A stretch of 64,000 nt of DNA, taken from the NCBI GenBank assembly GCA_951406725.2, contig OX597832.1, positions 68,076,001 to 68,140,000 of the forward strand. The letters are read 5' to 3'. This DNA comes from Octopus vulgaris (lineage: Eukaryota). Position 1 is the first letter of the stretch; each line of letters starts with the position of its first letter. A program made the position numbers and the translations under genes. The notes beneath the pieces were generated by a model. It saw only the letters and a list, made by a program, of their open reading frames with translations. It was not told the DNA's origin and searched no databases. This document shows, piece after piece, positions 1-12,677 of this stretch.

Positions 1-2
1 AT

Positions 3-149
3 AATTTCAAGTGCAAACTTTGTCTATTAGAGAAAATGTACATCTTATTCAAAGACAATAATTCTTTGAATCAAAGAAGTGAGCTAATGAACTTATGTAG
101 GCACGCGGCTAAATTTAAAATGTCGAATATAAATATACCATATGGATAG
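3..149 (+). pseudogene. C-terminal end of a Penelope-like element (PLE) ORF, GIY-YIG endonuclease tail; runs off the window 5' end
   Basis: Frame from base 3 reads NFKCKLCLLEKMYILFKDNNSLNQRSELMNLCRHAAKFKMSNINIPYG*. The CxLCxxEK...LNxRxEL...CRH pattern is the typical end of the PLE GIY-YIG domain. Confidence 0.75.
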
Positions 150-1212
150 AGTATATATTTTGTATTTTTGATTTTTGAAATTTTGATTTTGACTCTTGAA
201 CGATGAGCGCTACGATGGATTTTGTTTCCAAGCTATGCGGATCTTAATCCGTATAGCAAAGTCTTATGTTTCTACATATACATTAGGAAAAACCTTCGAC
301 TTTGTTTTCATGTTATTGTATTGTATAGGATTACCTTGATTATTTATATTACCTTGATTATTTATAAATGATCCAAAATAGGGTGTTATATTTTATTTTA
401 TATGTCTTTCGTATATATTTTTATTAATGCACCCATTTTTTTAAAAAAAAGCAATGTTGTCAAAATTAGAATGTTGATATAAGTATGTGTATAGCCAAGG
501 ATATGTATTTGTAAGCATGCGTATCTGTGTATGTGTAAGTGAGAGTATATTTGTGCTTAAGTACACATATACACGACTGTATGTATATGTATCCGTTCGA
601 ACTTGTGTTTGTATACTTGTCTCCATATATGCCAATAATGCCGTTACACAGCTTGTATACATAATTTTTTCTTATTTCGTTTTTTTCCCCACCCCTCCTT
701 CGTTCCTTTTTCTCTCTCTTCCTTTCTTTCGCCCCCCCTTACTCAGTATATGAGAATCGCTACATAGATGATTTTTAACTTGCGTGCGAGATGGTTTGCG
801 TGAATATATGTACACATGCATTTATGTGTATATTTAGATTTATATTCATACGTCTGTATATGTATGGCGTTTGCGCGCATCCTTTTCTGTATGTTGATAT
901 ATATATGTACATTTTAATATAAATATGTATTGCAGTGTAATATTTATAACAGGTTTAATTTCTATGAATTAATTTATACTTTCTTCATTAACGTCAATAT
1001 GTATTTTATTCAATGTAAGGTTTTTTCCTCGGATTTTATAATTTTTATAAGTTTTTTATATATATTTACATATATTTTTGACCTTTTGTTTATCGCTCGA
1101 AGATTGACCGTTTTTTCTAAAGGGTCAATCAAACAAGTCCATTTCTTTTTAAAGGTGTAGCGTTTGTAAGAGTCTAGATTGAATTGATATATCGGTTCCA
1201 TTCTAGCAAAAA

Positions 1213-1250
1213 CTGTCTGATGAACGGCAACGAGAAACTCAGAGTAACAG
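1213..1250 (+). ncRNA. Minimal type I hammerhead ribozyme motif
   Basis: ctgt-CTGATGA-acggcaacga-GAAA-ctcagag-TA-acag. Stem I is ctgt/acag, both core boxes are intact, stem III is near-palindromic (actc-a-gagt) and the cleavage triplet is GUA. Stem II is weak. Confidence 0.75.
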
Positions 1251-1355
1251 ATTTTGTTGAATTTTCTGCTGCTTAAAATAAAGCATATTACTCTACCACT
1301 GGTATTTGAGTACTCTTTTTTCCACCTTGTTTCACATTTATGTGTTTACTCCGGT

Positions 1356-1479
1356 ATATATACATATATACATATATATACATATATACATATATATACA
1401 TATATACATATATATGCATATATACATATATATACATATATATATACATATATACATATATATATATATACATATTTAC

Positions 1480-1514
<35 letters not shown>

Positions 1515-1545
1515 TACATATACATATATATATATATATATACAT

Positions 1546-1588
<43 letters not shown>
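1356..1588. repeat. (TATATACA)n/(TA)n microsatellite
   Basis: Direct reading of the sequence. Confidence 0.95.
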
Positions 1589-1590
<2 letters not shown>

Positions 1591-2439
1591 TTTATAAAAG
1601 AGGATAAGGATAAAAATCACGTTAATGATTTTTATTAAGTAGTCAGCATACTATAAAAATTTATTGGCAATTAATGCATTAAATTAGTAATACTGTAAAT
1701 ATGTATATAATTATATCAAGGGAGCTAGGGCAAAAATGACCTGTCCCCAGCATGCTTGAAGTGCCGATACCTTAAAGAAATATCAAAAACTCCAGCTAAA
1801 TATATACACGGCTGAGAGCGGGCTAATGAGAGAAAATTTAAAAGACCTCACTTTAAATGTAAATTAGTGCCAATTTCTGGATTAAAGCAAAAATTAAGCT
1901 TTCTTAGGACGGTATGCACATTTATTTGGGGTCACATTCACCCCCAGCCCCGTGTATTGTGCTGACAAAGGAAGAAAGCTTTTTTTGCTTTAATCTAGAA
2001 ATTGGAATCAATTCACAATTAACGTGAGGTCTTTCTAATTTTCTTATATATATATATATGTGTGTGTGTGTGGATGGGAGGATCAAGGAATGTATAGATA
2101 TATATCATCGACGCTGTGTCCGGCTGACAATTACTATACCGTCTACAATAATTCAGATAAAGCTTTCAGTAGAAGGCAATTAGGCATTATGCATCGAAGT
2201 GAGATCGAAATGGGAACGAAGAAGTGGGAGGAAGAACGGGATTATTTGTCTACTGTTAATTTCCTTTCCGATCTTCAAGTGTATGATTCCTGCAAGTATG
2301 ATAGCTATCTCAGTTATTTGGGTTTACTTCAGAAATTGTGCTTCATACATTTTAGCACGGTTGTTCTTCTATATGCAAAGTTAGTTCCTTCTGAGGTCAG
2401 AACAGGAGCCAAGGACAGCCATCGATTTAATAATACTGG

Positions 2440-2637
2440 TTTCAATTTCTGACACAATACCAGCAATTTCAGGGAAGGTGGATAAGTTGATTATATCGTC
2501 CTCAGCGTTCAGCCAGTTATAGAACCCGAAACGACGAAAGGCAAAATTGACTTCAGAATTTGCACACACAACGTAAAGACAGACGACATACTGCTAACCA
2601 TTTCGCCCAGGGTGCTATGCTAACGATTCTGCTAGCT
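2440..2637 (-). mobile_element. tRNA-derived SINE, family A
   Basis: Reverse complement matches the agctggcagaatcgttagca...gaaatg...tttgcctttc...tttgaaacc consensus seen at 60214 and 44959. Confidence 0.75.
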
Positions 2638-2667
2638 AGACAACTTTTTCGATTGTATGTATGTATG

Positions 2668-2731
<64 letters not shown>

Positions 2732-3149
2732 TATATATATATGTGTGTGTGTGTGTTCGAGTGAGTGTACACAAGAAAGAAGGGCACACAAGACATTTAT
2801 TAGGAACTACATCTATGAATCAAAACAGTTTGATCCAGATTTCAAGCGTGATGCTAGTCTTTAGGCATTTTTAATTTCAAAATGGCTGAAAACTAGCATC
2901 ACGCTTCTAACTCGGACTACCAAGGAATCTGAATCAAACTGTATTGATACACACACACACACATATAATTAACGAGCTTCCTTACAGTTTTCATAGATAT
3001 TCTTCACTCGCAATATACACCACTCAATTCGACTCTGAGATAAAACACTTTTCCAAGTGGATACAGAGTAAGATTGAACCAAGATACTTATAGCTGTGAA
3101 GTGAATGTGCACACGACCATGACCTAACAATTTATCGCCGATGAAGTTT

Positions 3150-3216
3150 CTATGTTTTGCTTTTGCTTTTTCTATTTTGCTTCTTTTTTTTACGTTTCAT
3201 CTCATCTGATAATGTC
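3150..3216 (-). CDS. Candidate terminal coding exon (TLSDEMKRKKKKQNRKSKSKT*) of the minus-strand host gene
   Basis: Minus-strand acceptor ttcttacag, then 1 nt plus 21 codons of basic, NLS-like sequence and TAG. Same strand as the exon at 12413-12532. No homology recognised. Confidence 0.35.
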
Positions 3217-4687
3217 CTGTAAGAATTCAACCTACTTCTCACTTCACCAACTTTGATTTCCTTTGAGGCAAGTTTAATAGCATTGTGTAACATTGAATGC
3301 AGCCAATACAATATTTTGCAACATAAAAAGATCTTCAGATAATAAGAGACACCATTTACTTATTCAATTATATTTTATTTATAATTGATTGTGAGAGGTT
3401 TAAAGTTAAATGGCTGTCGGTGATAATTTAGTGAGATTATTTTTCGCCATCATATGAAATCAAACACAGCAAATATATGCACATAATATCTCCAAGAATG
3501 GATGCATTGTTCCTTTGAATATTTTTATATTTAAATTCTTGGAGGAAGAAAAAGAGAAAATGGAGGATGAACGAATGAGAAACATTGAGAGTTGAGAGAG
3601 AGGGAGAGAGAAAGAAAGAGATTGATATGTGGTTGAGATTTTAATTAACTGGCACGTGTATATTGTACTATCTGCTTCTTTTCAATGTTATAGCCGTCTT
3701 TAATAAGATCTTCAGGGACTATGACAAAATAACAAACGTATTAAATCTGAATCGGTAATTAGATGGCTGTCAGTTAAACAAAGATGCTATTGGAATGTAA
3801 TATGCGTTGTCTCGTTGGAGTGTTTGTGTCAAACTCAAGAAATAAGCTAAGATCAATTTAGCTGCACGTCTGCAATAGGAATGATAGTCAGAAAGAATTA
3901 TGCACACACACACATACATTTTCGACAAAAATAGGTATATGTGACAGAAAGTTTCGGAAAATAAACAACACTAATCAACCTCAATGGAGTTTTAAAGCAC
4001 GAGGTTTCGATCCCATGACACGTGAAATAAAGTACGGATATATAATTGCATTGCTGAATTATTCTTTTAGATCAGTATTTCTCAACGGGGATTTCAGGGG
4101 AGAGTTTCAGGGAGTCGCTGGCGATGTATCGTGATAATCAAAAATCCGGCCTGCTAAAATTTGGTTAAAGTGATTCAAACTGCAGACTCAACGCAAAATG
4201 GTCACATTTAATTCAAAGCGTTAAAAATGTTATGAAAACAATTGGTATGTGTTCACAAAGTCCAAACGATTAATACGAAAAAACCCTCCAGGCTACATCC
4301 TGAAAATTAATTTCTTTGCCGAATTTCCACAATGTTTACGGCGATTCGTTTTTATATCTTGATTTTTTATTTTTCATGCAATTTACGCATGCTTGCACGT
4401 GTGGTGAACACAGTTCACGTCAAACAGCTGACTAAGTAAAGTTCACTATTCAATGCATGGGATAAGGCCTAAACAAACATATTATCGATTTTTGCACTTG
4501 CGAGATGAATTTCGAAACAGAAATAACAAAGTTCAATTTTCATTCGCCTAAACTTTAAGTGACCCATTTTTTGTGGTTGTACGATTTGTTGGCTAGGAGG
4601 AGATGTGCCGGTAAGTTAAACACACAGACACGCAAGTTGAGTTTTATATATATAGATATACCTCAGAGACACACAGACACACACACA

Positions 4688-4800
4688 TACAGTTGGTGTG
4701 ATGTAAGCTGTAAATGTTATAAATATACACTTTCGATGTGAAGTTATCTGTGTTGAAAGATTATACAATCGTAACGATATGGTCTGTTTGGTAATGCAGT

Positions 4801-4852
<52 letters not shown>

Positions 4853-5512
4853 AATAATTACCATGAAGCATTGTGTAGAATATATTGCATAAAAGATCGT
4901 GGGTAAGGCCAAAACAATGCAAAGTAAATGCAAGGTAAACCACAAGAAAACAAATATGTGAAATTGGGGTCATAACTTCGAAATATTGAATACAAGGTAA
5001 GTCTACATTAATTCATATATTTGCTTTTTCGGGATTTACCTTGCATTTACTTCGCATTGTTTTAGCCTTACCAACGATCTTTTATACAATATATGTGTGT
5101 GTGTGTGTGTGTGTGTGTTTACGCATACATGTGCATATATATATATATATCTGTGTGTGTGTGTGTATTTCAAAAAAGTCGGATGGTATATCAACTTTCG
5201 CATATCGTTCGATATAATAAATAAACCGAGAGACAAAACTCGAGTTCCTAGTCAACTTGTCAACTGAAATATATTTAAGTTTAATCTTAGCGTTGTGTCA
5301 CCTCATCACCAATCACTGATCGTTCTGCTTTTTTTCTACTTGCTTTAAAATATTCAGATTCACACACATACATACACACACACACGCATATATATATACA
5401 GTTGGTGTGATGCAAGTTATAAATGTTATAAATATACACTTGCAATGTGAAGTTATCTGTGTTGAAAGATTGTACAATCGTAACGATTGGGTCTGTTTGG
5501 TAATGCAGTCCA
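4688..5512 (+). repeat. Element bounded by ~115-bp direct repeats (4688-4803 and 5397-5512)
   Basis: acagttggtgtgatg...ggtctgtttggtaatgcagtcca occurs twice about 710 bp apart with scattered substitutions. Confidence 0.85.
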
Positions 5513-6948
5513 AAAACTGCGATTCATTGATGATTTATGCTGTTTATAAACATTTTTATTTACAACTTCCGACTGGCGTCATTATTAGCTCCGTAGATGA
5601 ATGGATTAAATAATTCACTTTATGGTAAATGCTTCTCAGTCACATGTGTGTGCTACCAAGTGTTTCAAAACTAATAACTAAATGTAGAGTAAATGATACA
5701 GAAGCTGGGAAAAAACTTTTGAGTAATACTAGTGAGAAGTTAAACTAAAGTGATGTTAATAAATAACAAACAAGAGATTTCATGATCTCACATAGGAGAA
5801 GTACTGAATCTTTGATATTTCGGAAATGTTTCCCCTTTTCAAGTACATGTAAGTTATCAAAGAGTTTTGAAGTAGTTTAAATACATGAGGCACTTTAAAG
5901 ACGCTTCGACATAGTTATAGATTCATTGAAGTTGCAGGTACTTTAAACGTCTGTGCAACGGGAGAGTGGCCGCGTGTGGATGATCTGTTCCACAATATTT
6001 AAATAAACGGACGTGCCATTACGTTTTCACGTCCGGGTCCATTCTAGATTGTAGTAGGCCTAAAAATACCTATTAAATAAGCTATATCATTACTGTTTCC
6101 TTTTAAAGTTGTAGAAATGCGGTCCACTGGCTGAAACGTTAGAACTTCAGGGGGAAAGTACGTTACAACGTTTTATTCGGCGTTTTACCTCCTAGGATGA
6201 AATCCTATCAAGAGCAACTTTGGGTTTCAACCCTTCACAATAGATACATAAAATGTCTCAAATTAGCTATGCGTTTGTATATATATATATATATATATAC
6301 ACACACTTTTTACTTGCTTCAGTTAGAGGGCTACATCCATCGTGAGGCACTATCTGGAAGAATTCAGTTGAACCAACTGTCCATAGCACTTATTTTAATG
6401 TCCGGTAGCTTTTCTATCGTCCACTTTTACCGAATCACTACGTTACAGTGACATACACAAAGCAACACTAATTTGTACGTGCTGGGTGGGGACAGATACA
6501 GACACACACACACATATATGCAAGTGTATGTTTTTATGTATGTGTATATATAATATCGACAAACCACAAACTTCAAAATTGTCGACCCCTTGCTTCAATT
6601 TGAAATATATTTCTAAAAAGGTAGATTGCGTTTTAAAGTAAAAGTTGGCTGCTATTTCTAGCAAGAGTTACTTTTTTAGCATCCACATTATGTTTTCCTT
6701 TGTTTCAAGAGAGGCTGTTGTAGAAATATATTCGACCGAAACAAAAGAAGCTAAACGTTAAACCGAAAATAAATAACTAAATAAATAAATAAAGATTATA
6801 ATAATAAACTAAAATGTAAAATTCACAAGGCTTCAACAACAATTCAAAATGCATCAGTTTCACATCAGGAACGATTAATTCATACGAACGATTAGATTAA
6901 AAGTAGAAAGTATTAAAATCTACTTCAAGTTTATCATCATTTCCATAG

Positions 6949-6979
<31 letters not shown>

Positions 6980-7250
6980 CTCCGTTGTGAGGCGACCTCA
7001 ACTCCACCCGATCGCCACTACCTCTAGCTACGCTTAATACTCATCAAATTTATTTCAAGCTGTTCATTCATCCGTGAAAAAAAATGACATTGTAAAAGTT
7101 ACCAAAACTTTATAAAAAAAATAGTAAAACGTATGGAGAGAAAACGAGGAGAGAATGCTATTCTTTCTCTCTCTCTCTTTCTCACTCTACCTTACTTTTC
7201 TTTCCTTTAACATATATATGCGTGTGTGTATACAGACATGTATACATACA

Positions 7251-7290
<40 letters not shown>

Positions 7291-8689
7291 TATATATATA
7301 CATATACACATATATACTCATATACAAATGTATACATATACATCCACATGTATATATGTGTATAAATATATGCCTACATACATACACACACGCACATATA
7401 CATATATCTATATAGAAGCACATATATACACACACTTACAAATACATATATACACACACTTACAAACACATATACACACACACAAATACAAAGACACGTA
7501 CGCACCTACACACATACACACACACAGACATACACATGAAGATAAAGAGGAGAGTGGAAAGATAATTTCAGCTACATTTGCCGCAACATCTATACTTGAG
7601 GAAACATCAGATTGAAAAACTCCCTACAGACGTATGTTTTGCGTATGAAGGTAAAAATTATGTGAAAGCTTCATTGGATTTACAGATGTTGTTATTTGAT
7701 AATACTTTCTGATGAGCTATGCAATGATGTGATTAATACAGTTCAAACAGTTTCAAATTGAAAGCAAATCAACTTGAGAGACGTGTGATACCACATACAT
7801 ATAACAATGTCACTTCTAACTATGCTACCTACTTTGCAAGTATTTCATTGTTCTCTACTCTATGTTTTCTCTAGCGTTCTCTTACACAATGTGTGTGTGC
7901 GCATGTGTGTGTGTTTAAAAATCCCTTCATAATGAAGGTGTAGAAGAATAACTGTGAAGTGTGGATACAATACTAGATTACCAAATCAAAGACTTTGCGT
8001 TCAAATATAACTGCATGATCCCTGAAATTTGAAAGCTTTCGATATCTTCTTCGACAATTATCTCCCTCATCAAGAAAAGAAAATAATTATCACAACTTTT
8101 AAGTTATTTATTAATATTAGAGGTTTGCTTTTGTTTAATCCTTTTGGATTTCTTTCAATTATTGTGCAAGGAGTTTGGGGCTTTTCGTCAGAACTAAAAT
8201 AAATTCAGACAAGTCACGTCGAGCAGTTTTTGTAGTATGTAGAGAAAGTTGGGTTATCACCCGTGTCTACCATATTTGTCCCACCGCTTCTTTTTAATGA
8301 GGCAGGGAATTCTGTTTCCTTCTGTCTCGTGGCAAAAGAAGTTATAGGAAGGACGAGGTTTAAGAGGCCGAGCACAGATCTTTTCCATTTAGATCAAATG
8401 GTTATCGACTTTTACAAATGAAACTTGTAAAATAAGGCAAAGCAAACTAAAATGTGGGTGAGAGTCGCGAAAATAGCCAGACTGGTTGAGGCCGCTTTAC
8501 GTATACGTCAAGAAATCGTGGAGCGACAGTTGGGAAGAGCACCTGTGGTGTGGGTCGGTGGGGCTCTTCCTGTATCAGAATAACGTCATCATCATTCATT
8601 ATTTTCTAGCATGTATATCTTTACATGGTTTAATCTTTGGGCTCTGATAGCGCTGGAAGGGTTATTACTAAAAACAGACAGCAATTGCC

Positions 8690-8862
8690 AAACGAAGGAT
8701 TACTACAAGCACACACATATAAATCAGGCTACAGCACAGTTTCTGTTATCAAATTCAACTCACAAATCATTGGTCAGCCGAAGATTATAGAAAAAGACAC
8801 TTTCCCAAAGTGTCACGCAGTGGAACCGAAATTGTATGGTTGCAAAGCGAGCCTCCCACCCA
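8690..8862 (-). mobile_element. tRNA-derived SINE, family B (decayed)
   Basis: aaattcaactcacaaatcattggtcagccg...tatagaaaaagacactttcccaaagtgtcacgcagtgg is the reverse complement of the family B head at 53656. Confidence 0.65.
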
Positions 8863-8954
8863 TGTTCTCTCCTTATTCGGATTCCTGTATGAACCAACAC
8901 ACATTATGATCTGCCTTTCTAACAGCCTCTCAGCTGCAGTGCAAGTGTCGGGTT

Positions 8955-9194
8955 GCCACTCTACGTTTTGAGTTCAATTTCCACTGAGATCGAATTCGTC
9001 TTTCATTCTTTTGGAGGTGGATACAATAAGCGACATAAGTAATGTAGTCGACGAAATCGGTAAACAACCATATTGCCCAAACTTCTGGCCTTGAATCTAT
9101 AGTGGAAAGGATTGGAGTAGATGTAATTGACTTACCCCCTCCCATGAAATTATTAACCTGGCGCCCAAATTTGAAAACATCATCATCATTATGA

Positions 9195-9248
<54 letters not shown>

Positions 9249-9375
9249 GGGTGGTGAGCTGGAAAAATCGTTAGCACGTCGGGCAAAGTCATTCTGTCCG
9301 TCCTTATGCTCTGAGTTCAAATACCACCAGGGTCGACTTTGCCTTAGGGCAAAATTTGAAACTATTATTATTATT
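8955..9375 (+). mobile_element. Tandem family A SINE fragments separated by (ATT)n
   Basis: ctacgttttgagttcaatttcc..., then an (ATT)n tail, then a new head gggtggtgagctggaaaaatcgttagcacg at 9248. Confidence 0.7.
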
Positions 9376-9671
9376 ATTATATGAGGTGTCTCTTGAAAGT
9401 CCAACAGTCACAATAAGGAGCTTCAATATTATGTCTCCATTTTACATTGGTGTCTTCTTTCGAATCCAAACCCAATCCGGCGTCCATTGAGACATTTCCC
9501 CTGACTCGTTTTAGTCCCGCGTCTTTTGACAATTGTTTTTTGTTGCTTTGGTCTTTGTATATGGCAATTGATTATGTTCCTTCTAGGGAGACATTTAGAA
9601 GAACTGTGGATATCACGACACCATTTTTGTATTTCAGTATCCACGATACATGTCGATATCTCTATGCAAGA

Positions 9672-11118
9672 CATCATCATCGTTTGGCGTCCGTTTTCCA
9701 TGCTAGCATGGGTTGGACGGTTCGGCCGGGGTCTGGGAAGCCAGGAGGCTGCACCAGGCTCCAGTCTGATCTAGCAGTGTTTCTACAGCTGGATGCCTTT
9801 CCTAACGCCAACCACTCCGTGAGTGTACAGGGTGCTTTTTACGTGCCACCGGCACAGGAGCCAGAAGAGGATGGCAACGCCCATGATCATTTGGTGCTTT
9901 TAGCGTGCCACCGGCACGGAAGTCAGTCAAGACGGAGCTGGCATCGGCCACGTTTGGATGGTGTTTTTACGAGCCACCGGCACGAGTATTACAACTACAA
10001 TTTCCATTTTATTTCTATGTTGATGTTGATGTACTTGATTCGATAGGTCTCTTCAAGCACAGCAAGTTGCCCTACAATCTAAGGTAAGCACAGCAGGCCG
10101 ACTTGCAAGCCATGAACCCTTTTTATTTGTCGGGTATTCGCAGTCCCAACACATCTCCTGATGTCTCGGTCTTTCGTCATTGCCTCTGTGAGGCCCAACG
10201 TTCGAAGGTCATGCTTGACCACCTCATCTCACGTCTTCCTAGGTCTACCTCTACCCCGGATTCCTTCAACTGTTTGGGAGTGGCACTTCTTCACACATCT
10301 CTCCTCATCCATCCGTAGTACATGACCATACCAGCGCAAACGTCTCTCCTGCACTCCACATCCAATGCTTCATAGGTCCAACATGTCTCTCAGAGTGTTT
10401 ACACTCTGTTGTGCGTGCACACTGACATTACACATCCAGCGGATCATGCTAGCTTCATTTCTTTCGAGCCTACGCATGTCCTTCGCAGTTACAGCCCATG
10501 TTTCGCTGCCGTGAAGCATGGCAGTTTGCACACATGCGTCGTACAATCTACCTTTCACTCTGAGCGAGAGACGCTTTGTCGCTAATAGGAGAAGAAGCTT
10601 TCTAAACTTTGCTCAGGCTATTCTTATTCTAGTGGTAACACTCTCTGAGCATCCATCCCCACTACTAACTTGGTTACCTAGGTAGCGGAAGCTATCAACT
10701 ACTTCTAGTTTCTCCCCCTGTAGTGTGATGGAATATGATTTTTGAGTATCCATGGTGTCTATTGCCTCTGTGCATTTGCCGCACACGAAAGCTATCTTAA
10801 TTTTCCTTTGATGTTGCTGCACCTCTTATGTGTCCATAGCTTACACTGGGTACATCTTATGGAGTTTCTACCTACATCTTGTCTTCATATCGAGCAGAGT
10901 CACTCACCTGAGGAGGTGTGTGATGAGTTCGTCTTCTTACTTACTAGAACTTTGATCTTTGCTACATTGACTCTAAGTCCTTTTGATTCTAAACCTAGCT
11001 TCCACACTCGAAATTTCTTTTGTAGTTCCGGTAGTGATTCCGATATGAGGGCCAGGTCATCAGCATAGAGGAGCTCCCAGAGGCAACCCGTCATGAATTC
11101 GTCAGCTATTGCATGGCA
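9672..11118 (-). mobile_element. 5'-truncated RTE-clade LINE (RT remnant, 3' UTR and (GAT)n tail)
   Basis: Minus-strand frames give ELLYADDLALISES, LESKGLRVNVAK, LEVVDSFRYLG, KGRLYDACVQTAMLHGSETW and LRWYGHV with stops and frameshifts. The element ends in a short (GAT)n tail at 9672. Confidence 0.9.
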
Positions 11119-12324
11119 TATTCTTGATGGGGACAAACATATTATTAACTTTAACAAATCTGAGGCAACCAATAACTGCACGTCTCACTACAAGTGGTGC
11201 CATGACATTTCTCTCTCACACACATTCTGCAGCTGACTATCATGAGGTTAAAGCGGTATTTCTGAGTGTTTGACTTCTCGTATACCTCTGCGAAGGTATT
11301 AGTTTCGGTAGAATATCATTCCATGTGTGCAGCATGTTTCTCAGACTGGTATCTAAATAGAAAGGGAACACGATTCGGAGAAGAATTCTTTTGCAGAATT
11401 CCTGCCAGGGATTACAAGGCCTAAAAGCGTACCAAAATAACTGATGGTGCTTTTCACCGCTGGTTACACATTAACAACCAAGGAACGGGTACAATCGATG
11501 TGGCGGTTTTCCTATCAGTTTCTGTAAACCCACATTCAATTCACACGAATCTATTGTAAAACATGCTTGCTTAAGTTGGCGTTCAATAGCTGTCGAATCT
11601 GAGAATACGGAATTACGAAGTGAACATTCAACTCCACGACAAAAATGGATCTCAACACAAACACACAAAATGTTAAACGAAACAAACAATTACGCGAATT
11701 ATAAAACATGAAATATGACTAGGAAACATTCTGCTGTTGCTGAGAAAACTTGTGACGAATAATGTCAATTGAAATGCGTTAATGTTAATTTAAAGGAATT
11801 GCCGAAAATAAATCGAGTAAAAAATTAGAATTCAAAAAAAGCAGAAGCGGTCGATGTCAGCAAAATCCAGTTCAATGAATGTTCCTAGTATTCACAACCA
11901 TCTCTGATTCTCCGACCAAGGATCATTCCATTTTCTCAAAACATGTCACTTATGGAGTAGTTCGTTGTTTCTCTGCTATGGTCGTAGTAACAGTTTGTAC
12001 CTGTGTGATAGATAATTCTTTTATCGATAGATTTATTTCTATTCTGGTGTCCGGAAATGGACGGCTGCAATCATACTGCACAGCCTCCAGAATCTGAAGT
12101 TCGTTGGTTCATACTGACGTCTAACAACTTGTTCAATCTATTTTTATTTTATCGAATATATGTATGCATGCGCGCAGTGTCATTCTATTCATTTTTCCCT
12201 CCCTTACATATTGTACAAGCACACGCACACACACATATATATATACACAGGCTATATGTGCATGTGTGCGTGTGTGCGAATGCGTAGATGTATGCATATA
12301 TGTTATGTTATATTATGTGTGTGT

Positions 12325-12384
<60 letters not shown>

Positions 12385-12412
12385 ATGAAATCGTAATTAC
12401 TTATAAACTTAC

Positions 12413-12532
12413 CTGTTTCAGGTACAGCTCAAGACTCTCAGATATTGATTCATCATAATGTTGTGCAATCTTTATTATCTCTGAAAGATTATTTTGAACA
12501 ACTTCTTTGAGTTCACGAAGTTCGAAATCCAG
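12413..12532 (-). CDS. Internal coding exon (phase 0/0, 40 aa: LDFELRELKEVVQNNLSEIIKIAQHYDESISESLELYLKQ) of an unidentified, probably alpha-helical/coiled-coil protein
   Basis: Strong acceptor ttttttatctattttattcag and consensus donor CAG|gtaagt. The exon is exactly 120 nt, the frame is open and the composition is protein-like. Confidence 0.75.
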
Positions 12533-12677
12533 CTGAATAAAATAGATAAAAAATGATAATATATAAATGAAATGCAGAAATGTTAATGAGAAGAGATGAA
12601 AAAGTTAATATAGTATCTTATTTCGTTTTTCTATTTGTTCTGCATGATTACTGATATGAATTCCTGTGTTGAAATGA

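Larger units (their letters stand above)
1..1355 (+). mobile_element. Penelope-like retroelement 3' end (ORF tail plus AT-rich pseudo-LTR carrying a hammerhead)
   Basis: The GIY-YIG tail is followed by about 1.2 kb of T-rich non-coding sequence with a hammerhead motif at 1213-1250, ending at a (TATATACA)n tract. Confidence 0.6.

Noticed and set aside
2060-2452. 130-aa ORF
   Set aside because: Starts in a microsatellite, ends in a SINE tail and has no recognisable motif.
4073-4130. cagtatttctcaac, a hAT-like terminus
   Set aside because: No matching opposite end or transposase remnant could be identified.
7709-7715. CTGATGA boxes at 7709, 28602, 53420 and 58457
   Set aside because: No correctly placed stem II, GAAA, stem III and stem I combination was found.
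9840-9985. Three spaced gtgccaccggcac repeats, superficially CRISPR-like
   Set aside because: These are short degenerate tandem units within the RTE 3' UTR. The context is eukaryotic, the spacers are related to each other and there are no cas genes.
9447-10046. 199-aa plus-strand ORF
   Set aside because: Mostly antisense to the RTE 3' UTR, with no recognisable domain.
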